From Myxococcota bacterium (GTDB taxonomy: Bacteria; Myxococcota_A; UBA796; GCA-2862545): a stretch of 11,450 bases of DNA. Positions 1 to 7,424 of this stretch are shown here, piece after piece (the first letter of the stretch is position 1; each line of letters starts with the position of its first letter). The translations under genes and the position numbers were made by a program. The stretch covers positions 1-11,450 of the forward strand of contig JBCCQY010000228.1 of assembly GCA_039208735.1 (NCBI GenBank). The letters are read 5' to 3'. A model generated the notes under the pieces. The model saw only the letters and a list, made by a program, of their open reading frames with translations, did not search any database and had not been told where the DNA came from.

Positions 1-2
1 GC

Positions 3-707
3 CCTGAAGCTCCCATCGTGGTGGCAGGCGCCAACGACGAAGGCATCCGCCCCGTTGAAAAACGTCTGACCGAGCTGACCACCGAGGCAGAGACCTTGAC
101 CACCCGCCGTCACTGCCGGGTCATCCACGGCCGCGGCCGTCAAGGTGAGGTTCGCGGAGACCTTGCCCACTGGGGGCAGCGCGTCACGGCCACGGTAGCC
201 GAGGTTGAACTGGATTTTACGACGTACCCAGGCTTGTTTGCCCATGGCCGCCTCGATGCGGGCACCGAGTTCCTCCTGCAGGCGCTGCCGCCGCTCGAGG
301 GCCGCGTGCTGGACTTTGCATGCGGTGCGGGTCCCATTGGCCAGTTCCTGCAGCGGCGAGGGGATGCCGTGACGTTGACGCTGTCCGACGTCGATCCACT
401 CGCCATTCATGCCGCCGAAGCCACCGTGCCGGAATCCGTGCGGGTGCTCACCGATGGTTTGCCCACCGGGGGGGCACCGTTTCGCGCCATTGTGAGCAAT
501 CCTCCTTTACACTTGGGTAAAGATGAACAGCGATCCGTGCTTCGCGCGCTCGCGGAGGACGCTCCGGCGCGGTTGCATCGCAAGGGGGTGCTCATCGTGG
601 TGGTGCCAGGCACCGTGGCGGCGTCGCGCTGGCTTTCTCCGGCTTTCGGGACGGTGACCCGCATCGCCCACAATGCCCATTACGGGGTTTGGGTAGCCGC
701 TCGGTGA
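3..707 (+). CDS. Class I SAM-dependent methyltransferase, RsmC/MTS family (16S rRNA m2G1207-like), 5'-truncated
   Basis: The frame is open from position 3 (PEAPIVVAGANDEGIR, resembling the RsmC N-domain VVGENxxGVR). It contains PGLFAHGRLDAGTEFLL, the SAM motif VLDFACGAGPIG and IVSNPPLH (NPPF-type motif). TGA at 705-707. The start lies upstream of the window. Confidence 0.85.
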   Translation, partial: PEAPIVVAGANDEGIRPVEKRLTELTTEAETLTTRRHCRVIHGRGRQGEVRGDLAHWGQRVTATVAEVELDFTTYPGLFAHGRLDAGTEFLLQALPPLEGRVLDFACGAGPIGQFLQRRGDAVTLTLSDVDPLAIHAAEATVPESVRVLTDGLPTGGAPFRAIVSNPPLHLGKDEQRSVLRALAEDAPARLHRKGVLIVVVPGTVAASRWLSPAFGTVTRIAHNAHYGVWVAAR

Positions 708-708
708 C

Positions 709-2163
709 CTACCAGCGCACCACATCCAACGAAGACAAGCGCCGTAACGCAGCCTGGGCTGCAAAATAGCCTCCCATGCCGTGGACGCCCCCACCGGGAG
801 GCGTGGCCGCCGAGCCGATGTAGAGCCGCCGATTCGGAGTGGTGTAGGGGTTCAAACGGGCCACCGGTCGTGTGAACAACTGGGTGATGTCAGCCGCGCC
901 CCCCGTGACCGCACCGCCAACGAAGCTTGGATTGTAGGCCTGGAAATCCTTCGTGGAGGTGGCATGGCGGGCCAGGATGGTGTCGCGAAATCCAGGGGCA
1001 AACCGCTCGATTTGTGACTCGATAATGTCGGTGTAGTCGCGGGTGGTGCCGTGGGGAACGTGACAGTAGGCGTAGCCCGTGTGCTGGCCTGCGGGCGCGC
1101 GGGAAGGGTCGAGCGCACTCTGTTGCACGAGCAGCACGTAGGGACGTTCGTTGTCTCGACCTTCCCAAGCCGCCCGCTCTGAAAACGCGATCTCGTCAAA
1201 CGTGCCGCCGAGGTGCACGGTCGCCGCCTGACCGACCTGGGGGTCGCGCCACGGAATGGGCTCGGAAAGCGCCCAATCCACCTTAAAGGACCCAGGGCCA
1301 TAGTGGTACCGGCGGAGCCGACGGACGTAGCCCGATGGGAGTTCGCGCTCGGCGATGCTCGCCAACTGTTCCGGATCGGTGTCGAAGAGCACGACCCGGC
1401 AGGGCGGAAGGTCCGACAACGAGGTGACGCGAAGGCCGGTGCGAACCTCGCCTCCGAGGCCTTCGAGAACGCCGAGGAGCGCACGGGTGATCGCAAAGGA
1501 CCCCCCTTCGGCCACGGGCCAGGGCTCCACATGGGCCGTCACGAGGAAAATCAGCGCGATGGCGGCCGAGACGGGAGCTTCAAGCGGAATCACCGCATGC
1601 CCCGCACAACCCGCGACCAACGCTTGGGCTCGGGGGGCCTTGAACCAAGCCCGAGCCAATCCCCGTGCCGAACGAATCGCCTGCAGGCCGAACCGTGCGA
1701 GCAGGAACGGGTGGCGTGGAATCCGCAATGGTCCAAGCGCATCGGCAAGAAGCCCATGGGGATTGCCGAGGAAGGGTTCGACGAGCCTACGGTATGCCTC
1801 GCCATCGATTCCAAGCCCCTCGGCGGTGGCGGTGGGGTCCGTGCGCACGATCACGGCTGGGTCGTCGTCGAGCGGATGGGCGATCGACAGATCGGAGTCC
1901 TTCCAGGTGAGCCCGTGATCGGCGAGCGGCAGGCTGCGGAAGAACGGCGAGAGCCGGCCCATGGGATGGCAGGCCGAACACACGTCGTGATGGAAGCCAG
2001 GAAGGGTCAGTTCGGCCGTGCGAGTGCCGCCGCCGGGTTGATCGTGCGCCTCAAGGACGCACACCCGAGCCCCTCCCTGGGCCAGGGCGATGGCGGCGGC
2101 GAGGCCGTTGGGCCCCGATCCCACCACCACCGCATCGAATTCGTCGGAGCGATGGTCGGGCAT
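709..2163 (-). CDS. NAD(P)/FAD-dependent oxidoreductase, phytoene dehydrogenase-like (COG1233-type)
   Basis: The Rossmann motif DAVVVGSGPNGLAAA...VLEAHDQPGGG follows ATG 2163 (MPDHRSDEF). It also has LTLPGFHHDVCSACHP and C-terminal LYIGSAATPPGGGVHGMGGY. The ORF-track extension to 3060 is antisense shadow of ppc. Confidence 0.9.
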   Translation of the reverse strand: MPDHRSDEFDAVVVGSGPNGLAAAIALAQGGARVCVLEAHDQPGGGTRTAELTLPGFHHDVCSACHPMGRLSPFFRSLPLADHGLTWKDSDLSIAHPLDDDPAVIVRTDPTATAEGLGIDGEAYRRLVEPFLGNPHGLLADALGPLRIPRHPFLLARFGLQAIRSARGLARAWFKAPRAQALVAGCAGHAVIPLEAPVSAAIALIFLVTAHVEPWPVAEGGSFAITRALLGVLEGLGGEVRTGLRVTSLSDLPPCRVVLFDTDPEQLASIAERELPSGYVRRLRRYHYGPGSFKVDWALSEPIPWRDPQVGQAATVHLGGTFDEIAFSERAAWEGRDNERPYVLLVQQSALDPSRAPAGQHTGYAYCHVPHGTTRDYTDIIESQIERFAPGFRDTILARHATSTKDFQAYNPSFVGGAVTGGAADITQLFTRPVARLNPYTTPNRRLYIGSAATPPGGGVHGMGGYFAAQAALRRLSSLDVVRW

Positions 2164-2221
2164 GGTCGACCAGGAGTATCGACCAAGAGACGGGTCCGTG
2201 AGTCGGCCCGCGGAGGTGACG

Positions 2222-4978
2222 GTGACTCGACCAGAAGATCGCCCATTGCACGACGACGTTCGCTGGATTGCCAGTGGTCTCGGTGAGGTCATCGCCCAAT
2301 TCGCGGGGCGCGAGGTGCTGGAAGCCGTCGAACAACTCCGCACCGCGTCTCGGGCCCGCCGCCGTGGGGACGAAGGGGCCGCCTCGCTCAACGAGCTCCT
2401 TGCCGTGGTCGAAGGATGGCCGCGATCGCGATCTGTGGTGGTTGGTCGGGCCTTCACGCTGTTCTTTCTGCTCATCAACACGGTGGAGCAGGTGCACCGC
2501 GTGCGGCGGCGCAGGGCCAAGGAAGCCGAGGGCGACGCTGCGCCCGCATCGCTTGACCAGGCGATTGGGACCATGGTCGAAGCCGGTCTTTCCGCCGAGG
2601 GGGTTGCCGAACGAATCGCCGGGCTCCACGTGCGACCCGTCCTCACGGCGCATCCCACGGAATCTACGCGTCGCACCGTGCTCGAGTTGCTCGCTCGGCT
2701 TGCCGATGGGCTGTTTGAGCGACACGCCGCCCACAATGCGATCGATCGAGCCAAGATCGAGGGTCGCATCCTCACCGAGATCGAGGTGCTCTGGCTGACC
2801 TCGCAAGTGCGGCACGACCGTCCTTCGGTCCTCGATGAAGTGAGCACGGTGCTTTGGTACCTCCAGGATCGATTGGTCGATGCCTCGGTCGAGACGTCCG
2901 AGGCGATTGCAGCGGCGATGGAACGCCACTTTGGGGTGACCCTGCCGGAGCTGCCGACCCCGGTGGTGCCGGGAACCTGGGTGGGGGGGGACCGCGACGG
3001 CAACCCCTTTGTGACGCCCGAGGTCACGCTTGCGGCGGCCCGCCGAGGAGGCCATCGCATGATGCAGACCTACGAGTCTGCGCTCGGGCGGGCGCTTAAG
3101 GCCCTGTCGCTTTCCATCGACGAAACGGGTCGCGACGAAGATCTCATGGCGAGCATTGAGACCGATCGGGCCTTGGTGCCAGAGGTTTGGCAGGCCAATG
3201 CTCGACGCGATGCCCATGAACCGATCCGCCTCAAGATCACGTTCATGCAGGCTCGCATCGCAGCGACCCGGCGTGTGATCGAAGGTCGCGACGGCGGGAC
3301 CCCCATTCATGCTCCGGCGGCGTATCCGAGCGTAGACGGCTTCCTCGACGACCTTGGGCTCATCGATCGGGCCGTACGTCATGCGGGAGCCCAGCGCGTG
3401 GCCGACCAGGTGCTGAGACCGTTGGTGGCCATGGCCAAGGTGCATGGCTTCTTCGGCCTCCGCATGGACCTTCGGCAGGATTCCGCGGTTCACACCCAGG
3501 CCTTGGCGGCGATTACCGCGGCGCTGGGGACGACCGAACTCGAAAGTGACGCGTTGAGTGACGAACTTCGGGGTCGTCGGCCGTTGGTGGGGCCCCACTT
3601 GCCCTTGCCCGAGTCGGCCCAGCGCTCCTTGGACGTGTTTCGCACCATGGCGCAGGTGCAGCGGGAGTTCGGCGAAGACGCCGCGAACACCTTTGTGCTT
3701 TCGATGGCGACGAGTGCTGACGACGTCCGGCGCACCCTCGTGCTCGCGCGAGAGGCTGGTCTCGTGGATCTCGCCGGTTCGGAGCCCGTCTCGCACCTCG
3801 ATGTCGTGCCGTTGTTCGAAACTCGGGCAGATCTGGTGGCCGCGCCGGCGATCATGCGCTCGCTGTTCAACGATGAGGTCTACCAAGCGCAGCTCACGGC
3901 GCGAGGATGGCGACAGGAAGTCATGCTCGGCTACTCCGACTCGGCCAAGGATGCCGGGGTGCTCACCGCCGCGTGGGAGTTGTACCGGGCGCAGGAGGCG
4001 CTCGCCGAGGTGGCGCGGGAAGCCGGAGTCGCGCTCACGCTGTTTCATGGGCGTGGAGGGACCGTAGGGCGAGGCGGCGGCTCGCCCGTCTATCGGGCAC
4101 TCCAGGCGTTGCCACCCCAGACGGTGGCCGGGTCCATCAAGACCACCGAACAGGGCGAGGTCATCTCCCAAAAGTTCGGCCTCGGGCCCCTCGCAGCTCG
4201 GTCGCTCGAGGTGCTTGTGGCCGGCACGTTGAGCGCCGGGGTGCAGGACTGGCGTTCGCGGGTGTCTGCCGAGGAGGCGGCCACGTTCCGCGACACGATG
4301 GACGAACTTGCCGCCATCGCCCTACCGATTTTCCGACGCATGGTCCACGAGGACGATGCGTTGTTCCGCCTGTTCATTCAATGCACACCGGTTCGCGAAC
4401 TCGCGCACGTCCACTATGGGTCCCGTCCCGCCTACCGCGAACGGGGCACCGGCACGATGAAAGGCATTCGGGCCATTCCTTGGATCTTTGGCTGGACGCA
4501 GATCCGGCTCATGCTGCCGAGTTGGCTTGGGGTTGGCACCGCGCTGGCGGACGTGATCGGCCGAGAGGGGGGGCTCGAACGACTGAAGCGCATGGCGAAG
4601 TTCTGGCCATTCTTCGATGATTTGCTCGGAAAGATCGAGATGGTGTGCGGCAAGGCCGACCTGCCCATCGCAAGGCTCTACATCGAGCAGTTGGGGGGCG
4701 ACATCTCGCTCTTTGAAGACCTCGAAGCAGAGTACCAGCGCGTCGTCAATAGCATTTTGGCCATTCGAGGAACCGAGACGCTGCTCGAGGGCAATCCCAT
4801 GCTCCAAGAGTCCATTCGACTGCGCAATCCCTACGTGGATCCGCTGTCGTTGCTTCAGATCAGCCTGTTGCGGCACAAGCGCAGCCTGCCGGACGAGGAC
4901 CCCGCCATCGCCGAGGCCAACGCAGCCCTTGGGGCCATCACCAACGGAATCGCCCAAGGGATGCGCAACACCGGCTGA
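2222..4978 (+). CDS. ppc: Phosphoenolpyruvate carboxylase (bacterial type)
   Basis: All hallmark motifs are present: VLTAHPTE, WVGGDRDGNP, VPLFET, QEVMLGYSDSAKDAG, FHGRGGTVGRGG, TEQGE, GSRP, RAIPWIFGWTQ, LRNPY and C-terminal MRNTG. The start was placed at GTG 2222 because GGAGG lies at 2212-2216. In-frame alternatives are ATG 2162, GTG 2198 and GTG 2216. Confidence 0.97.
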   Translation: MTRPEDRPLHDDVRWIASGLGEVIAQFAGREVLEAVEQLRTASRARRRGDEGAASLNELLAVVEGWPRSRSVVVGRAFTLFFLLINTVEQVHRVRRRRAKEAEGDAAPASLDQAIGTMVEAGLSAEGVAERIAGLHVRPVLTAHPTESTRRTVLELLARLADGLFERHAAHNAIDRAKIEGRILTEIEVLWLTSQVRHDRPSVLDEVSTVLWYLQDRLVDASVETSEAIAAAMERHFGVTLPELPTPVVPGTWVGGDRDGNPFVTPEVTLAAARRGGHRMMQTYESALGRALKALSLSIDETGRDEDLMASIETDRALVPEVWQANARRDAHEPIRLKITFMQARIAATRRVIEGRDGGTPIHAPAAYPSVDGFLDDLGLIDRAVRHAGAQRVADQVLRPLVAMAKVHGFFGLRMDLRQDSAVHTQALAAITAALGTTELESDALSDELRGRRPLVGPHLPLPESAQRSLDVFRTMAQVQREFGEDAANTFVLSMATSADDVRRTLVLAREAGLVDLAGSEPVSHLDVVPLFETRADLVAAPAIMRSLFNDEVYQAQLTARGWRQEVMLGYSDSAKDAGVLTAAWELYRAQEALAEVAREAGVALTLFHGRGGTVGRGGGSPVYRALQALPPQTVAGSIKTTEQGEVISQKFGLGPLAARSLEVLVAGTLSAGVQDWRSRVSAEEAATFRDTMDELAAIALPIFRRMVHEDDALFRLFIQCTPVRELAHVHYGSRPAYRERGTGTMKGIRAIPWIFGWTQIRLMLPSWLGVGTALADVIGREGGLERLKRMAKFWPFFDDLLGKIEMVCGKADLPIARLYIEQLGGDISLFEDLEAEYQRVVNSILAIRGTETLLEGNPMLQESIRLRNPYVDPLSLLQISLLRHKRSLPDEDPAIAEANAALGAITNGIAQGMRNTG

Positions 4979-5007
4979 TTCGCCGCTTGCGCCTCGGAAC
5001 GGATCGC

Positions 5008-5053
5008 TTGCATTCTATATATTCCAATATATGAATATATGAGATTCAGGAGG
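5008..5053 (+). promoter_or_regulatory. AT-rich promoter/operator with inverted repeat ATATATTC-N8-GAATATAT (probable ArsR-family operator) plus RBS
   Basis: There is a perfect 8-bp inverted repeat at 5017-5024 and 5033-5040. A -35-like TTGCAT lies at 5008-5013, and AGGAGG at 5048-5053 precedes ATG 5058. This is the only strongly AT-rich stretch in the window. Confidence 0.7.
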
Positions 5054-5057
5054 TGTC

Positions 5058-5942
5058 ATGTTGGACCCCATGGTGCTCGGTCCGTTGAATGGAGGCTTGC
5101 TACTGGCGTGCCTGGTGGTGGGAGTGGCGTTTGTGGCTCGGTCGCTGGGCCGCTTGAACCGCGCCGAATTGGTGGAAGCGCTGCCGCTCGCCGGGTTGCT
5201 GGCTTTGCCATTGGGGTTGGCGGTCTACAGCGCGAACGTACAGCTGCCGGTCGATGTGTTGGCCGCCAAATTCCATCCCGTCGCCGAGGCCAAACAAACC
5301 CTTTGGGCCTTGGCCATCCACAAATCCATCCTTACGCAGTTGTACGGCGGGGTCATCGTCGGGGGGCTGGCGTTGTGGCTCATCGTGGGTTCGCTTGTGC
5401 TGACCGTGCCCGGGGAACGACCGCGACTCGCGTTGGGTCAGGCCGCGGTCCTCGTCGCGGTGTGCTTTGCGCTCGTGGTGGGGGTGGGGCTATCGATCGC
5501 GCCTTCGTGGCTGCTCGTGGCGCGAACGGTCTTGTATGCGGTGGCCCTGTTTTCGGTCGTGAGCGCGCTCGTCGCAGCGCATCGGCGGGGCCCTGGCGTG
5601 CAACTTGCGGTGGTCAGCGCGGTGGCGTTTCCGCTGTTTGTGGCGGGGGTCGACCAGGCGACGATCGCCTGGGCCACCGGCATGCGCCTGTATGAGATCG
5701 CCCTTGCGCCCCCGTCGGACAAAGCAGCGATGATGGAGAGCACCCTTTCCATGTTGGGGACTCTCCGAGGCTTCTCGGGGGTTCATTTAGGTCTTGCGGC
5801 GGGCCTCGCGTTGCTTGGACCCGTGGCTGCGTGGCGGACCCATCGTACGTTGGCCTGGCAGAACTTGGCTGCGGTGGCGAGTGTCGTGGTCTTGTCTGCC
5901 GTAGGAGTGGGGTTTGCGTCGACCTGGCTTGCAGGCTTCTGA
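5058..5942 (+). CDS. Uncharacterised integral membrane protein (about 8 hydrophobic segments)
   Basis: It has a strong AGGAGG RBS and is 294 aa, dominated by L/V/A/G runs separated by short Arg-containing loops. Its stop overlaps the next start (TGATG). Confidence 0.8.
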   Translation: MLDPMVLGPLNGGLLLACLVVGVAFVARSLGRLNRAELVEALPLAGLLALPLGLAVYSANVQLPVDVLAAKFHPVAEAKQTLWALAIHKSILTQLYGGVIVGGLALWLIVGSLVLTVPGERPRLALGQAAVLVAVCFALVVGVGLSIAPSWLLVARTVLYAVALFSVVSALVAAHRRGPGVQLAVVSAVAFPLFVAGVDQATIAWATGMRLYEIALAPPSDKAAMMESTLSMLGTLRGFSGVHLGLAAGLALLGPVAAWRTHRTLAWQNLAAVASVVVLSAVGVGFASTWLAGF

Positions 5943-6295
5943 TGGATGAGGCCGAGGCGATCGCTGCGCTGGCAGATTGGCTTGGGGCCTTGGCCCATCC
6001 GGACCGCCTGCGACTTGTGTTCGCCCTTGCACAGACCGAGCGCGACGTCGCCTCGCTTGCCCAGGAACTTGGCCTACGGCAACCTCGCACGTCGCAACAC
6101 CTGGCCCTGCTCAAGGCGCATGACGTTGTGGTGGGCCGCCGAGAGGGGCGACGCATGCTCTACCGGCTCGCCGATCCGGCGCTGGTGGCCTGGGTTGGCG
6201 AGGCGGCCGGGTTTCTTGCTGCGCGCGCGGGCCGGCAGGCCGAATTGGGTTCGTTGCTGGAACGGCTTCGATCGGAGGGTGCCACGGACTCGTGA
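5942..6295 (+). CDS. ArsR/SmtB-family winged-helix transcriptional regulator
   Basis: ALAHPDRLRLV...ERDVASLAQELGLRQPRTSQHLALLK...VVGRREGRRMLYRL is a canonical ArsR HTH pattern. ATG 5942 overlaps the upstream TGA (5940-5942). 117 aa. Confidence 0.92.
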   Translation: MDEAEAIAALADWLGALAHPDRLRLVFALAQTERDVASLAQELGLRQPRTSQHLALLKAHDVVVGRREGRRMLYRLADPALVAWVGEAAGFLAARAGRQAELGSLLERLRSEGATDS

Positions 6296-6398
6296 ACCGG
6301 TTCTGCCCAGGGATCATGACAGCAGGCCGATCTTGGATCTGAGAGGCGTTCGTGTGGGATGATGGAGACTCCGCCCGTTCTCGGGTGGGGAGGTCCCC

Positions 6399-6872
6399 AT
6401 GACAACAGCCCGTGAGATGATGACCAAGCGCTTGATTACCGTACGGCCAGATATGCGTACGCTGGATGCCGTTCGGTTGCTCCTGAAGAATCGGGTGTCT
6501 GGGGCCCCCGTAGTGGATGAGGATTACCGACTGATAGGAATGCTGTCCGAGAAGGATTGCATCCAGGCATTGCTACGTGCTGTGGCCGAACGCCTTCCTT
6601 CCTCAATGGTGCGGGATGTGATGTCCACCGAGGTCGTGACCATCTCAGAGGAAAGCGATTTGCTCAGTATCGCCCACCTGTTTGTCACCAAACCGCTTCG
6701 ACGAATTCCGGTGGTTCGAGCGGATCGAACGTTGGTGGGGCAAATCTCCCGGCGAGACCTTTTGAGTTCAGCGGTCAAGGTCTGGGATGCGGCACCGAAC
6801 CGCCAAGCTGCGGTGTTGTACCTTTCCGCCACCGGTCAACAAACCCCGTTTGCGGTTCCCGCACGACGATGA
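6399..6872 (+). CDS. CBS-domain pair (Bateman module) protein
   Basis: There are two CBS repeats: AREMMT...VSGAPVVDEDYRLIGMLSEKD and VRDVMSTEVVT...RRIPVVRADRTLVGQISRRD. GGAGG at 6389-6393. Confidence 0.92.
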   Translation: MTTAREMMTKRLITVRPDMRTLDAVRLLLKNRVSGAPVVDEDYRLIGMLSEKDCIQALLRAVAERLPSSMVRDVMSTEVVTISEESDLLSIAHLFVTKPLRRIPVVRADRTLVGQISRRDLLSSAVKVWDAAPNRQAAVLYLSATGQQTPFAVPARR

Positions 6873-6874
6873 CG

Positions 6875-6902
6875 AAAACGCCGGCCGCAGATGCGACCGG
6901 CG
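6875..6902 (-). terminator. Intrinsic terminator of rnpB
   Basis: The minus strand reads CGCCGGTCGC-ATCT-GCGGCCGGCG-TTTT: a 10-bp stem (one G-U pair) plus a short U tract directly after the RNase P RNA 3' end. Confidence 0.75.
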
Positions 6903-7293
6903 GTTCGGGGGGCCCGTAAGCCGAGTTCTGTTCCTGAGTCGGGTTTCCCCGAGTCCAGGCGGGAATCATTCATCTAGGGTGACCGTTACCAGCCACCTCG
7001 AGCAACCAACCCGGAAGCATCGGGCGGGCCGCCCTCAAACGCTCCTCTATTCGGTCTTGCTCCGGATGGGGTTTGCCTGGCCGCCGCCGTTGCCGACGAC
7101 GCCGGTGCGCTCTTACCGCACCCTTTCACGCTTACCGCGGAGCGAGATTCACCCATCGCGGCGCCCTACTCTCTGTTGCGCTTTCCTCCGGGTTTCCCCG
7201 ACCGGGTGTTACCCGGCACCCTGCCCTGCGGAGCTCGGACTTTCCTCCCGTGACGGTCGAGCCGCCACCGGCGATCCCCTGGTCCCCTCGAAC
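6903..7293 (-). ncRNA. rnpB: RNase P RNA, bacterial type A
   Basis: The minus strand carries the conserved elements GAGGAAAGTCCGAGCTC, AGCGCAACAGA, GTGAAAGGGTGCGGTAAGAGCGCACC, GGCAAACCCCATCCGGAGCAAG, TAGATGAATG and ACAGAACTCGGCTTA. The ends GTTCGAGGGGACC / GGGCCCCCCGAAC form an imperfect P1. P13, P14, P18 and P19-like hairpins are visible. Ends are approximate. Confidence 0.97.
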
Positions 7294-7424
7294 GTTCACG
7301 ACGTAACTCCTGGTTGCGGTTGCGGGGAGGGGAGGTGAGCATGCGGGCCACTCCGAGGGTTGCCGAGACGTGTCGCGCCATTCACGCCCATCTGGACGAC
7401 ACCGCGACGAGCCGACCGGTTGAT

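Noticed and set aside
709..2163. Calling the oxidoreductase crtI (carotenoid pathway)
   Set aside because: There are no crt neighbours, and the motifs fit the broader uncharacterised COG1233 group.
2164..3060. Apparent N-terminal extension or fusion of the oxidoreductase (783-aa ORF)
   Set aside because: It is S/R/T-rich antisense of ppc. The real fold starts at the Rossmann motif just after ATG 2163.
4130..4165. Ppc IKTTEQGE instead of the E. coli-type LRVTEQGE
   Set aside because: A Lys at this position is known in other bacterial PEPCs, and the other catalytic and aspartate-binding motifs (KAD, LRN, RNTG) are intact.
2051..4171. 706-aa ORF antisense to ppc
   Set aside because: It is R/G/H-rich with no motifs, as expected for a stop-poor shadow frame of a high-GC gene.
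5831..5941. Cys-rich N-terminal extension of ArsR (GCGGECRGLVC...VCVDLAC) that looks like a metal site
   Set aside because: It is an alternative frame of the membrane gene's 3' end. The TGATG-coupled ATG at 5942 gives a normal ArsR N-terminus.
6787..7338. 183-aa + strand ORF over rnpB
   Set aside because: It is the antisense translation of RNase P RNA, a well-known spurious ORF.
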